Below, piece after piece: positions 23,941 to 36,844 of a DNA stretch of 64,000 nucleotides. The position numbers and the translations under genes were made by a program. The DNA is taken from NCBI RefSeq assembly GCF_030684315.1, contig NC_081369.1, positions 2,842,689 through 2,906,688 on the forward strand. Reading direction: 5' to 3'. The notes beneath the pieces were generated by a model. That model saw only the letters and a list, made by a program, of their open reading frames with translations. It was not told the origin of the DNA and did no database searches. Position 1 is the first letter of the stretch, and each line of letters opens with the position of its first letter. Source of the stretch: Stegostoma tigrinum (lineage: Eukaryota).

Positions 23941-25584
23941 AGCCTCTGATCTTCAGGTAAGCATCCTCTGAGGCAGACTTCAGGATACACAACAATGCAG
24001 AATCACCACATTGAGATTGATAACCAAGGGATCCTTAATGCGACTCTTGGCCAAATGCAGCCTTGATGCCAAGCACCGTCACTCTCATCTCATCTCTGAA
24101 ATTCAGATCATTTGTCCATGTCTGAAACAAGTCTGTAATGAGGTCAGGAGCTGAGTGCCCCTCAGCCAACTGAGTATTACTGAGCAGGTCATTGCTCAGC
24201 AGATGCTACTTGAGATCATTGTTGACACATTCCATCACTTTACTGCTGATCGAATGGATGCACTGGACAATAGTTGATTGAGTTGGATTTGTACTGCTTT
24301 TAGTGTGTGAAATTACTTGGGCAATTTTCCGTGTTGTCATGTAGGTATTTACAGGTATGCTAGAACAACTTGGCTAGGGGTGCGTCAATTTCTGTAGCGC
24401 CTGTCTCCAGTGCTAATGTCGTTGTTAGGGCCTATAGCCTTTGCAGTATACACTGTTTCTAACTGTTTCTTGATATTACATGCAACAAATCGAAATGTCT
24501 GTAGACTGGCATCTGTGATGAGGTTCTCAGAAGGAGGCTGAGAAAGATCACCCACTGGGCACTTCTGGCGAAGGCTGCAGCATATCCTTCAAACTTGTTA
24601 TTTGCACAGAGGCACGGGGCTCTTTCCTCATTGAGGATGAAGGTACCCATGGAGTCTCCTCCTCCTGCAGTGAGTTGTTTAATTGTCCACCAGCATTCAT
24701 GACTGGATGTATCAGGACTGCAGAGCTGAGATCTGATCCATTGGTTGAGGCATTGATTACCTCTGTCTATCATTTGATGCGTATACCGTTTGTCAGTCAA
24801 GTTGTCCTGTCTGGTAGGCTCACCTCATTTTTAGGGAGTCTTGGTGCTACTCCTGGTATGTCCTCCCGTGTTCTCCATTGAACCAAGTTTAATCCCCCTG
24901 CGTGATGGTGATGTTTGAGTGACGCTGCACTGGGCCATGAGTTTGTAGATTGTGTTGAAATACAATCCTGCTGCTGCTGATGGTCCACAGCGACTCATGG
25001 TTACCCATTCTTGAACTGCTAGATCCATTCAAATAACCCTACTGCATGGCGATAGTGCCACACAAGACGTTCAAGAGTATTCATGATGTGAAGGCTCTGT
25101 GCTTTGTTAAATCGAGGAACTTTAATCCCACAAGTGCCATCATTTGTTATGATTCCAGCGATGTTATTATTGAACATGTCAGCTCTCAAAATGAAAACGA
25201 ATTGATTGATCATATCAATAATAGAGGAGATGACAGTGGTGTGGCCTGGAATAGCAATCTGGAGTAACAATAATATTTTGGGCACCTGAGTTTGAATCGT
25301 GCCATGTTTCCAATCAAACATGTTTCAGTGTGTCCCACGTAACATTACAACAGGAACTCCCTGTCCCATGGGGCATCAGACTGATTTTTCCTTCATAACT
25401 AGTGTGTGTTTGTTCTGATCAGTAAACCTTACTGCAACAAAGCAATTTTTTGAATTTTGAAAATGATTTTCAATGTTGGTAAGAGTTTTATGGAAGTGGA
25501 ATATACAATAATGGAAAAGTAAAAGTTTGGGCAATGCCCAACTGTGAAGGACCGTCAATGAATTGGAGATGGAATTTTTTAAAA

Positions 25585-26275
25585 ATTCATTTACAGGATG
25601 AGTGCATCACTGGCTACGCAGCATTTATTGCCCATCCCTTATTGTCCAGATGGCAGTTAAGAGTCAACCACATTGCTGTGGGTCTGGAGTCACAAGTAGG
25701 CCAGACCAGGTAAGAATGGCAGTTTCCTCCCCAAAAGGACATTGTGAACCAGATGGGTTTTTCTGACAATCAACAATGGATTCGTGGTTATTACTCAACT
25801 CTTAATTCCAGATTTATTGAATTCAAATCCACCATCTGCCATGGTAGGATTCAAACCCAGGTCCCCAGAATGTTGTATCAGTGATAATGGGAACTGCAGA
25901 TGCTGGAGAATCCAAGATAGCCCTCCCACCCCAAGTCGCACCTCCATCTCCTACCTACTAACCTCATCCCACCTCCTTGACCTGTCCATCTTCCCTGGAC
26001 TGACCTATCCCCTCCCTACCTCCCCAACTATAGTCTCCTCTCCACCTATCTTCTTTCCTCTCCAGCTTCGGTCCGCCTCCCCCTCTCTCCCTATTTATTC
26101 CAGAACCCTCACCCGTCCCCCTCTCTGACGAAGGGTCCAGGCCCGAAACGTCAGCTTTTGTGCTCCTGAGATGCTGCTGGGCCTGCTATGTTCATCCTGC
26201 CTCACATTTTATTATCCCCAGAATGTTGCCTGGTCTGTGGATTAACAGTCCAGCAATAATACCACTAGGCCATTG
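25585..26275 (-). mobile_element. DeuSINE/SacSINE-type SINE interrupted by a palindromic PLE element
   Basis: GCATTTATTGCCCATCCC...GGGTCTGGAGTCACA...AAGGACATT core; the insert is flanked by TSD TCCCCAGAATGTTG; related copies at ~46540-46790 and 52030-52360. Confidence 0.6.
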
Positions 26276-27589
26276 CAGGATTAAGAACGGATGTGGATTT
26301 TCAAATTACTCAATGTTTCCAAATGGAAGAAGGAGAAAAGAAACTTTGATGACCAAACTGGAAGAAACCAATACACAACTACAATTTTTAAAAAATATAT
26401 GGAACAGAAAAAGCCAGAGAAAACTGAAAAGACATGAGTTAGAAGGAAAACAGACACAGCAAAAGCAAGGAAAAAGAAAAAGTGGATAATGAGCAGCGAG
26501 TAAAAGAACAAATATAAATCAAAGAGCAAAACTTGAAATGAAAAGTAAGGAGAAGAAAAAGCAGAGGAAGATGAAATATTAAATAAAAGCTTGAACTCCA
26601 CAGGGATAGAGACCATAAGATATAGTAGAAGAAGGAATAGTGACTCAGTGGGTCACTCTGCTTTTCACAGCGACAGGAAACTGGGTTTGATTTCAGTCTC
26701 AGGTGATTGTCTGTGCAGTTTACACATGCTCCTTGTATCTATGTTGGCTTTCATTAGGTGCTCCAGTTTCCTCCCACAGTCCAAAGGTGCACACGCTAAA
26801 GTGTCTGTAATGTCCAGGGATGAGTAGGTAATGTGGATTAACCATGATTAAATATAGGGCCATGGGGATAGGGTAGGAGTTTGGGTGGGATGTTCCTAGG
26901 AGAGTTGGTGCAGACTTGATGAGGTAAATAGCCTCGTTCTGCTCTGTAGGCATTCTAAAATTCTAACACCATTTCATCCAATAAGCCTGCTTGCTATTCA
27001 ATAGTATCATGTTTGTCTGGTCCAATCTCAGCAGCTCTCAGTGTTAAAGAAACTCCACTGATTCTCTAACTGGTCCTGGTCTCTCCCACAGGGTTAAACA
27101 ATCTTTCTATATTTCTGTCGCCAAGCGCCTTAAAAATATTATCTATTTTAAGGAGCTTCCCTTTCATTCTTGTAAAGTGTAACGAGGACCGCCCCAATCT
27201 ATTTCAGTTCTCCTTGTAAGCACATTCCACCATGTCAAGATCAACACAGTGAAGTTTCTTCAGCCTGACTCCAATGCCTGTGCTTATTTGCTCAGACGAG
27301 TGGACAAAATTGTTCACTGTTATCCAGCTGTAGTCTAATTATTTTCAGCAAAATTTCCCTATTATTATATTCCATTCACTTCAAAATAAAGGGCAATATT
27401 TCATTTGATAGGGGAGGTGGTGATATGATAGCAATGTCACTGGATTAGTTATTGAGAATCCCAGGCCAATGTTCTGGGGACATGGGTTGAAATCCCATCA
27501 TGGAATGGGGAAATTTGCTTTCAGTAAAATCTGGAGATAAAAACTAACCCAATGACAACCATGCAAATTGCTGTACAAACTTCATAAGA

Positions 27590-29390
27590 CCATAAGACCA
27601 AAAGATACAGAGGCAGAATTAGGCCATTCAGCCCATTGAGTCTGCTCTGCCATTCAATTGTGGCTGATATGTTTCTAAGCACCAATCTTCTGCCTTCTCC
27701 ACATAATCCTTGACCCCCTTAGCAAACAAGAACCAATCTATAGCTTCCTTTAATGCACTCAATGGCATGACCTCCACAGCGCGCTGCAGCAATGAGGTCC
27801 ACAGATTAATCACGCTCAGCTGAAGAAATCCCTCCTCATTTCAATTCTAAAGAGTTGTACCTTCAATCTGGGTTGCACCCTTGCGTCCTACTCTCTCCTG
27901 CATCTGAAGACAACTTCTCTACATCCATTCTACTGAGGCATTTCAGTAGTATGTAAATTTCAATAAGGTCCCATCATCCATTTAAATTACAATGAATATA
28001 GACACAGCATCCTCAACTGCTCCACAGAAGATAAATCTTTCTTTCCTGGAACCATGCTTGTAAACCCCTCTGGAATGCCTCCAATACCTGCATGCCCTTC
28101 CTTAGATACAGGGCCCAAAACTACTGATAATATTCCACTGGTGTCTGATCAAACCTCATACAGTTTCTGCTCTTGACTTCTTTGAAATGAATGCAAACAT
28201 TACAGTTGACTCCATAACCACTGACTGAACCCATATGTTAACCTTAAGACAGTCCTGAGCTACGACTCCCGAGTCATTTTGTGTTTCAGATGTTTGAAGC
28301 ATTTCACCATTTATAAAACAGCCTGTACCTCTATTCTTCTCATTAAATTGCATCACCTCATGGCTTTCTTGCATAGTATTCCATCTGCCACTTCTTTGTT
28401 CACTCACATAACATGTTCAAGTCCTTCTGCGGTCTCCCCACTTAATCAACACTGCCTGTCCTTCGACCTACCTTTCTGCCTTCAGCAAACTTGCCAACAA
28501 ATCCCGGAGTTCCTTTGTCCAGGCGATCAATACATAACATGAATCGCTGTGGACCAAACACTGACCCTGCAGAGGCCCACTGGTAGTCTCTAGCTACCAT
28601 TCTGAAAAAGTCACCTTTATCCCAATTCTCTGCCTTCTGCCAGTCTGCTCATCGGCTATGCATGCTAGTATCTTTTCCCTAACACGATGAGCTCTTATTT
28701 AGTAGCCTCCTGACAAAGGCCTTCTGGAAACCCAAATAGATCGTGTTCACTGGGTCTCCTTTGTTTAACTTGCCTGCTAAGGCAAGAATTCTAACATATC
28801 TGTCAGGCATGAACTCCCCTTGATGAAGCCCTGCTGACTCAGCCCAATTTTACCATGTGCTCCCAAGTCCTCCACAATCTCACCCTAAATAATGGCGTCT
28901 AAAATCTTACCAACAATGGAGTTCAGGCTAACTGGCTTAAAGTTTTCAATCTTCTGCCTTTGTCCCTTTTTAGACAGGGTTGCTCCATTAGCCATTTTCC
29001 AGTGCTCTGTGACCCTTCCTGGCTCCAGTGCTTCCTGAAAGATCACTATCAATGCCTTTACAATCTCCTCACCTATTTCTTTCAGAACCCTAGTTTGTAC
29101 TCCATCTAGTCTACATTATTTATCCATCTTCAGAGCGTTCAGATTTCCTGCACCTTCTCCTTACTGATCTCCATTACACTTATGGCTGCCACTTCATTCT
29201 CTTGAAGCTCTGGTACGCTGATGGAGGCTTCCACTGTGAAGCCAGAGGCATAGTACCTATTAAGTTCCTCCTCCATTTCTTGTTGCCTAATACTAATTCT
29301 TCAGCCTCATTTTGTGGGAGTACAAACCACTTGCCATTCTCTTACATTTTCAATATCTAAAAAAACTCTTCCAATATTCTTTTATAAAAT
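27590..29390 (-). mobile_element. Degenerate CR1-type LINE fragment
   Basis: (CATAAGAC)n tail at ~27583-27600; INLWTSLLQRAVE; RT-like remnants upstream. Confidence 0.7.
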
Positions 29391-29399
29391 TGCAGGAGA

Positions 29400-30905
29400 C
29401 AGCATGAAAGGCTGTGAGAGGGACAATGTACATAGATGGGGGGATTGGAGGATGGGGAGAGGGAGGGTTCAGGTTGAGCAAGGTGGTGATGTTGACCAAA
29501 TGAGAGGAATATCTGGGAGGGAGCAAGGCAAGTCAAAGCAGATGAATCTAGAGACCAAGTGATAGCGACAGGATTAGGATCAGGGAGGAGGTGAGGTAGA
29601 TGAGGTAGAGAAATATGAAGTAGGGGAGAGCAATGAGGAAAGGGTAGAGATAGAAAGGGAAAGAGAGTGAATGAAGTTTGGAAAGGTTGGATGGAGGTAG
29701 GAGTAGGTTTGTGGGGGAGTTTGTGAGAGAGAGAAACAGTAATGGTGCAGTAGGAAATGTGAGGGAAGGGATAGAGGAAGCAGAGCGGGAGTCAGAGAGA
29801 GGGACAGCACTGAGAAGGGAAGAGAGTGAGGGGAAGAGTGAGGAGTGTGACAAGGGAGAGGGGAATGGGAGAAAAAGAAGGAGAACTGGTGAAAGAGAGA
29901 GAGGGAAATGAGTAAGGGAAGAGGAGAGAGAGAAAAAAAGGTAAGGCATAAGTCGGGATCGAGATTGGTGAGAGGTGAAGGCAAGATATAGAGAGAGAGT
30001 GACTGGGTAATAAAAATAGGGGAAGGGTGCAGATGAGGGTGTGTGACCGGGAGTGTGACGGGGAGGCAGAGAGAACAGAGGAGATAGGTTGGATGAGGGA
30101 AATAGAGGGGACAAGTGAGGATTAGAGGGTAGTGGGAGGGAGTGGTAAAGCAACAGAGAGAGAGTGTGAGAATGACAGAGAGGATGTGGGAGTGGGCAGG
30201 ATGGCAGAGAGGATAACAGGAAGAGTACAAGGCAGAAGGGAGTGATAGAGTGAGGAACAGGGCATAAGAGAGATGGAGGAGGACAAAGAGCTAGGTGAGA
30301 GGAGAAGGAGGAGGAATTGTGCAAGGATGTGGGTGAGAGTGCATGGGAGCTTGAGGCAGAGAGGATGGAGAGGTGTGGAGGGAGGGCTTGAGACAGAGGT
30401 TATGAGTATTGGGTAGAATCAGGGGATAGAGAAAGAGTGAGGTGTTCAAGAAAAGAAGAAAATGGGAAAGACAGGATGAGTGTGAGATGGAGAAAAATGG
30501 GAGGGCAGGGGATAAAAGAACTGGAAGGGGTGCAGGTGAGAGTGAAGCTGAGGGAGGGGGAGAGAGTACATTGGATGGGGAGAGGAATGTTGGTGAGAAA
30601 CTGAGTACACATTTGGAGAAAGGAAAAGAGGGAGGTAAAATGACAGGGGAGGGGAGAGAAGGAGAGAGCAAACAACAATGCAAAGCAGGGGAGAAACAGT
30701 GACTGGCAGAAAGATACTGTTTGAAAAAGGGAGAGAGAGCATGCCAGAAACAGGAATTCAGAAGGGAAAGTGGGAGAAAGAATGGCAAGGACAGAGTTTA
30801 GGGATGCAGAGAGGATATTGGGAGGAGATAGGGTAAGGGGGGGCGGTGAGAGGACTCGGAGTTGAATGGGAGAGAGAGAGAAGTGAGAAATAGGCAGGGG
30901 GAGAG
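29400..30905 (+). repeat. Long purine-rich low-complexity tract
   Basis: ~1.5 kb of G/A-biased sequence that generates spurious S/L/P-rich antisense ORFs. Confidence 0.85.
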
Positions 30906-32226
30906 ATAACAAAGTGTGAGACTGGATGAACACAGCAGGCCAAGCGGCATCTCAGGAGCACAAAAGCAGACGTTTCGGGCTGAGACCCTTCATCAGAGAG
31001 GGGGATGGGGACGGAACTGGAATAAATAGGGAGAGAGGGGAGGCACACCGAAAATGGATAGAGGAGAAGATAGGTGGAGAGGAGTGTATAAGTGGGGAGG
31101 TGGGGAGGGGATAGGTCAGTCCAGGGAGGACGGACAGGTCAAGGAGGTGGGATGAAGTTAGTAGGTGGGAAATGGTGGTGCAGCTTGAGGTGGAAGGAGG
31201 TGATAGGTGAGAGGAAGAACAGTTAGGGAGGCAGGGACGAGCTGGGCTGGTGTTGGGATGCAGTGGGGAAAGGGGAGATTTTGAAGCTTGTGAAGTCCAT
31301 ATTGATACTATTGGGCTGTAGGGTTCCCAAGCAGAATATGAGTTGCTGTTCCTGCAACCTTCAGGTGGCATCATTGTGGCACTGCAGGAGGCCCATGATG
31401 GACATGTCGTCTAAGGAATGGGCGGGGGAGTTAAAATGGTTCGCGACTGGGAGGTGCAGTTGTTTATTGCGAACCGAGCAGAGGTGCTCTGCAAAGTGAT
31501 CCCCAAGCCTGGGCTTGGTTTCCTCAATGTAGAGGAAGCCACAATGGGTACAGTGGATACAGTATACCACATTGGCAGGTGAACATCTGCTTAATATGGA
31601 CAGTCATCTTGGGGCCTGGGATGGGGGTGAGGGAGGAGGTGTGGAGGCAAGTGTAGCACTTCCTGCGGTTGCAGAGGAAGGTGCTGAGTGTGGTGGGGTT
31701 GGAGGGGAGTGTGGAGCAGACAAGGGAGTCTTGGAAAGAGTGGTCTCTCCGGAAGGCAGACAAGGGTGAGGATGGAAAAATGTCTTGGGTGGTGGGGTCA
31801 TCCCCCTCTCTGATGAAGGGACTCAGCCCAAAATGTCAGCTTTTGTGCTCCTGAGATGCTGCTTGGACTGCTGTGTTCATCCAGCTTCATACTTTTTTAT
31901 CTTGGATTCTCCAACATCTGCAGTTCCCATTATCTCTGATCACAATTTTAACCTCACTGCAAAGCCTCTTCCAGGGATGCCTAACCTGAAGAAGTTACCC
32001 TCCTCCCTCCGAACCAACATCAGGGAATCTCTATCCATCTTCGGTCTGCCTCCCCCTCTCTCCTTATTTATTTCAGAACACCCTCACCATCCCCCTCTCT
32101 GATGAAGGGACTAGGCCCAAAATGTCAGCTTTTGTGCTCCTGAGATGGTGCTTGGCTGGCTGTGTTCATCCACCTTCATACTTTGTTATCTTGGATTCTC
32201 CAGCATCTGCAGTTCCCATTATCTCT
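30905..32226 (-). mobile_element. Penelope-like element 3' part (GIY-YIG endonuclease) with inverted terminal segments
   Basis: VYCIHCTHCGFLYIEETKPRLGDHFAEHL...PVANHF; termini match the palindromic family; TAGGCAGGG-AGAGA duplicated on both flanks. Confidence 0.82.
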
Positions 32227-33504
32227 AGGCAGGGAGAGAGAAGTGGGTCAAGAAGGGATCCCGCAGGGTGTTCAACATTATGGAAGGTATGGATAGAGTA
32301 GATGGGGAAACAGTTCCCATCATTGACAGTAAATCGGATAAATGGAAATAAATTGGTTTCTATTCTAAGTTGTTATGGAGGGAATAATCAGACTATGAAT
32401 AACTGTCGATACATGTGGGTAGATAAGAGGTACAGATGAAGACATATCTCTTTAGATGCAACATAAAGAGCAAAATTGGGAGTAAGGGTTCAATGTATCA
32501 AAGTGTGTTTTGGATGTCAAAATGTTAGAGTGGAATCCAATATGAACTTTACCATGGTCTTGTATTTTAATCCCAGCACTGATGGCAACATACCCATTGT
32601 GAACAGTTAGATTGATTCAAAAGTCCATTCTTGCATGGTTGAAAAAAAATACAAGGAGAAGTGTTTACCAAGCAGCCTGGGGAGAATCAGACAAAGTGGC
32701 AGCGAAGATTTGAAAACATGGCTCTGAAGTGAATGATTTTGAAGGCGATTGTCCAGCTGTGCTTCGGTCAATTTTGGAGAATCGAACCGGTGCTGTGAGG
32801 CTGCAGCGCTAACTAGTGAACCACCGTGGAGCCCTATTCTGCAGTTCACCTCAGCTCATCGAATACAATTCCCGTCGACTGCAGCTTTCATACTACAAAT
32901 AATAATTTCGAACCGTTTATATTTCACACTCTCGGTTTTGATCAGTTTTACGTTTCCGTTATTTATATCTCATGACGTTAAACATCACAACAACGGCCGC
33001 TCTTTGCTCTACACACAAAAAGTAGGGAATCAGGGAATGTGGAAACTTTATACCACGACTACTCGAAACATCAGCTAAATTAGGTAAATCCACACCACTC
33101 ATTAGCCGGCGTGACAGCAACTTCATTTAATTAGAGAAACGACCACTTACAAGAAATAAGACAGAAATCACACCACACCAGGATACAGTCCAACAAGTTT
33201 CTTTGAAATGACAAGTTTTCGGGGCACTTCACCTAAAGAAGGATCAATACTCCGAAATAAACATGCAACTCTCTCAAATAAACATGTTGGAAAGTAACCA
33301 GGTGTCGTGTGATTTCTGACTTTGAACACCCCAGTCCAACTACGGAACCTTCATCGCAAGAAATAAGAACGTTGCCTTTTTACACAATTAAATCATTGAT
33401 CCAATATTCTGGGCAAGTAATCACTAAGATTACGCACGATTTACATCAGTGACTTAATAAGCCCTGGTATCTTTCAAACCCTAATTAAAATACAAATGGC
33501 TTTG

Positions 33505-33810
33505 AATAATAGAATCCCTACAGTGCAGAGCATCGACCCTCTGAAGACCATTCCGCCCCATTCCGGTTACCCCACCAGATCGCCACCCCGCATTCCCGCG
33601 GTTAACCCACCTTTGCCTGCAGATCCCTGGACACTGCGGACAATGACCAACCCACCGAACCTGCACATCTTTGGGCTGCGGGTGGAAACAGTAAAAACCC
33701 ACTCAGACACGGGAAAAATGTGCAAACCCCACACAGACAGGCACCATCTCGAACACGGATCCCTGGATCTGGGAAGCAGTAGTGACAACCACTGAGCCAC
33801 CGAGCCACCG
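33505..33810 (-). mobile_element. tRNA-derived SINE (HE1-like)
   Basis: Minus strand GGTGGCTCAGTGGT A-box and TGTGTGGGGTTTGCAC core; related copies at ~26640-26960, 53145-53470, 56410-56700, 59150-59460. Confidence 0.7.
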
Positions 33811-34226
33811 AAACCTGTTTTCCTTGAAGGGACCTTAGTTGAATCCTGTGGCTGAACTGAAATTCTGACAAAAAATGTTCTCAAAGGAAGGATATTGTCG
33901 TTATGTGGACACGGGTAAAAAATTAAAGGATGGAGTTTTGTATTGGTCTGGTCAATATTGCACCCAAGCTTGGTGGGTCATGTGAGTGGACTACTCTGAC
34001 AGTAGTTTCACCATCTCGGGGTAGATTTTGCTGTAACTGTGTCGGTCTGTGTTGCCATTTCCGCTCACTGTTACCTCAAGAAGATCTTATATAAAAAGGC
34101 ATGCATGTTGTCCACTGGGCAAGCAATTAGTCACGTGCTTTTGCCATCATGTAAACGCAAGTGATTAAAATTGATGCATAACTGATGTACCAACAAACTT
34201 TCATCAGTTCTCTTTATAATCAATGT

Positions 34227-34280
34227 ATGAGCAGCCAGATTTTTATTGTCGCTATTTTTTTGAGTGGATCACTGTGGAAC
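34227..34280 (+). CDS. Gene B, candidate signal-peptide exon
   Basis: MSSQIFIVAIFLSGSLWN followed by GTATGT, with a TATAAAAA near 34090. The phase (0) does not match the phase-1 V exon, so it is either the wrong exon or carries a 1-nt lesion. Confidence 0.3.
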
Positions 34281-34614
34281 GTATGTTTTCTGTGCATTCT
34301 GTACATGCTCCTTCTCGCAGTGTTTGAAATGTTCTTTATCAAGGCGGAAGAATAATTGAACTGTTATTTGAAAGATAATCGGTGACATTTTTCGTATGTT
34401 TTTCACGTCAGAGTTCCGTGTCCTGGGAATCCTCTGGACAAGTGAAAAAATGTTTGCGGTAGATGCATTCGGGCAGAAATTCAGTTAGTGGAACAGAATT
34501 TAAAGAGCAAGACATGCTAAATTGCTGCTGTTCGAGTGGATTGGATCATTTATGTTATTTCATGCTGTAGGTCATCTTCCCTGTTTTATCATTGCGCATA
34601 TCTTCTGTTAACAG

Positions 34615-34926
34615 TTGCTGTGTGCACTTCGGACACCGTTACTCCGGATGTTAGGCAAATAAAGACCCTGATAAATAAAACAGCTACCCTGCGATGCCCT
34701 TTCTCCTTCGATCTCAACCACGCAAACATAAGTGTTTTCTGGTGGCGAAATGGTAGTCAAACGGTTCTGGAGGAGGACGGCAGAAAACTCTTCAAAGTAG
34801 GGAAAGGTGGAGCCTACCTTCATCTCTTCAATGTGACCGTGCTGGACGCTGCAACATATTACTGTTTAGGCAGTTATCAGCCTCAAAAAGCTTTTCATAA
34901 TCACACTACTCAACTTGTTGTCTACG
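34615..34926 (+). CDS. Gene B, Ig V-set exon
   Basis: TAACAG| ... G|GTAAGT; VRQIKTLINKTATLRCPF...VFWWR...AYLHLFNVTVLDAATYYC...QLVVY with canonical C-W-C; frame open. Confidence 0.92.
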
Positions 34927-35610
34927 GTAAGTCTTACCACAGTTATACATTAAGTGTTGATTCTAATGAACAGTAAATGCAAGTTAGCAGTTACTTTTTC
35001 ATAAGTATAGACAGTAAATATAAAATCGTTCACTTCTTCGCAGTGACATGTTCAATAGTGTGGTTTAAAAAAAGCATCACCAGCGACATGACAGAGTTCA
35101 GCAATTGTACTGTATCAACAAATGGTATTGGAATTTGTGTTACATTGAAAGCTAATGTAAGGCTTCCAAGTGAAGCATCTTTTACAATTTCGGCATCGGG
35201 CACCAGTAAATTGTCTGGAGATGATCGGCAATATGTCATCTTATTTTCAACTTTGAAAAGCCAAATTCCTATTCACCTCACTTGGATTGCCGTTCGCTCA
35301 TTTTCTGTGCTCCAGTTCCCAATTCGCTGATTGCCATGAGTGTACAGTTTGAAATCTCAAACATATTTGAAGAATTAGTACAAACACAAGGTAGCATTCA
35401 ATTTTGCTGAACGGACAAGTGAGGTATCAATTGCATTAGGGGGTGTCGCTACATGATAAAAGTAATAGCAACCCCCACCTGTATAAATAACGACGATCAA
35501 TGCAACTGCCATACACCGAAGTAATGGTTGATTAGTTCACTAAATCGTTTAAGTTTTTGAGCAGAAGTCCAATGTCCACATTTATTTAAATGTTATTATT
35601 TATAATGCAG

Positions 35611-35930
35611 CTTCACCAGCTCCCCTAAAAATTGTATCGATACGTTCCGAGGAACCTTCAGCTGCTTCTTTCAAGCTGCAATGCAGGACGTCTGGCTTTT
35701 ATCCGGAAGACTGTAACCTTACTTGGCACAGAAACGGTGCACAGATCTTCAGTGGATTTAGAAATGTAAAACAGGCAAAAGGCGAGGGACTTTACCAAGT
35801 GGTCAGCTCCTTGGCCGTGCCAAATATTCCGCAAAGTGACACAGTCTACAGGTGTCAAGTATATCACATTTCGAGCTCATTTCCAGTAAATGCCAGCTAC
35901 ACTGTTCGGAAAGAAGGGAAGATTTTATGA
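35611..35930 (+). CDS. Gene B, Ig C1-set exon; donor lost, reads through to GKIL-stop
   Basis: ATGCAG|; about 80% aa identity to the gene A C1 exon (20 of 102 residues differ by manual count); the homologous donor at 35917 is GGAAGA; TGA at 35928-35930. Confidence 0.88.
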
Positions 35931-35976
35931 CACATTGTACGTTAATCTTTCAGACATCATTTAAAAAGGCTGACGA

Positions 35977-35982
35977 AATAAA
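35977..35982 (+). terminator. Candidate poly(A) signal for a secreted V-C1 transcript of gene B
   Basis: AATAAA 46 nt after the read-through stop; the aligned gene A sequence (~1621-1630, GAGTAGAAAG) lacks it. Confidence 0.4.
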
Positions 35983-36844
35983 AAGTAATTCATGCAGTCA
36001 TCTGCGTTTAATTATGTCAATCCCGAAATTTGACATGATTGTATGGTTAAAGGTTTCGTTTCTTCAACTTATTCCGAACGTGTTTAGGATATTGTCAGTT
36101 GAGGTACTGCCAAAAGTGAATATTCGTCCCATAATTTTAATAAAATACAAGTAATGTTACAATTCATTTCCGAAGATACATTCAGTGTTAAATAACTGGA
36201 TACATTAAAGAGGGACAACGAAATGGAGAGGAAAATCAGTCAATAAATGTGGAGCTGGGAAAGCACAGCAAGTCAGACAACATCCTGACGAAGTGTCCAG
36301 GTGGAAACAGTGACCTTCCTTCTTCTCTGACATTGTCCGATCTGCTGTGTTTTTCCATTCCCACATTTATCGATGCTAGTTTCCAGCATCTGCAGTCCTT
36401 ACCGCCTGCGAGACGAATATCATCAGGTTATACAGCACAGAAAAAGCCCTTTGGTCCATTGAGTGCAGCCCACCTATTTATACTAATCACACTTTGCAGG
36501 ACTTGGCCCATAGCCTTGAATATTATGACATATTAAGAGCTCGCCCATATACGTTTCTTAAAATTTTCTTAATTGCGCAATCTCTCAGGCAGTGAATTCC
36601 AGATACCCAACACCGTCTCGATGAAAAATCAATCCTCCAATTCGCACTAAGCCTCTTGCCAATCCACCCTGTCCGTGCCTTCATAATCGCATACTCCTCA
36701 ACTAGGGGTTCCTTCAATCTTCTCTGCTCCAAAGAAAACAGCCCGTGCTTCTTCAGAAACTTTATAGCTAAGATGTTCGAAACCAGGCAGCATCCTGGTG
36801 AATCTCTTCTGCGCCCTCCCCAGTGCAATCAAATCTTTCTGTAT

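Noticed and set aside
29548-30933. Long S/L/P-rich ORFs (up to 258 aa), also at 20519-21180
   Set aside because: They are antisense readings of purine-rich low-complexity DNA, which is depleted of stop codons.
34615-35930. Rearranging Ig/TCR locus (V and C1 exons)
   Set aside because: The V exons are complete through the G strand and end in splice donors; I saw no heptamer/nonamer RSS or separate J segments; the tail has ITIMs.
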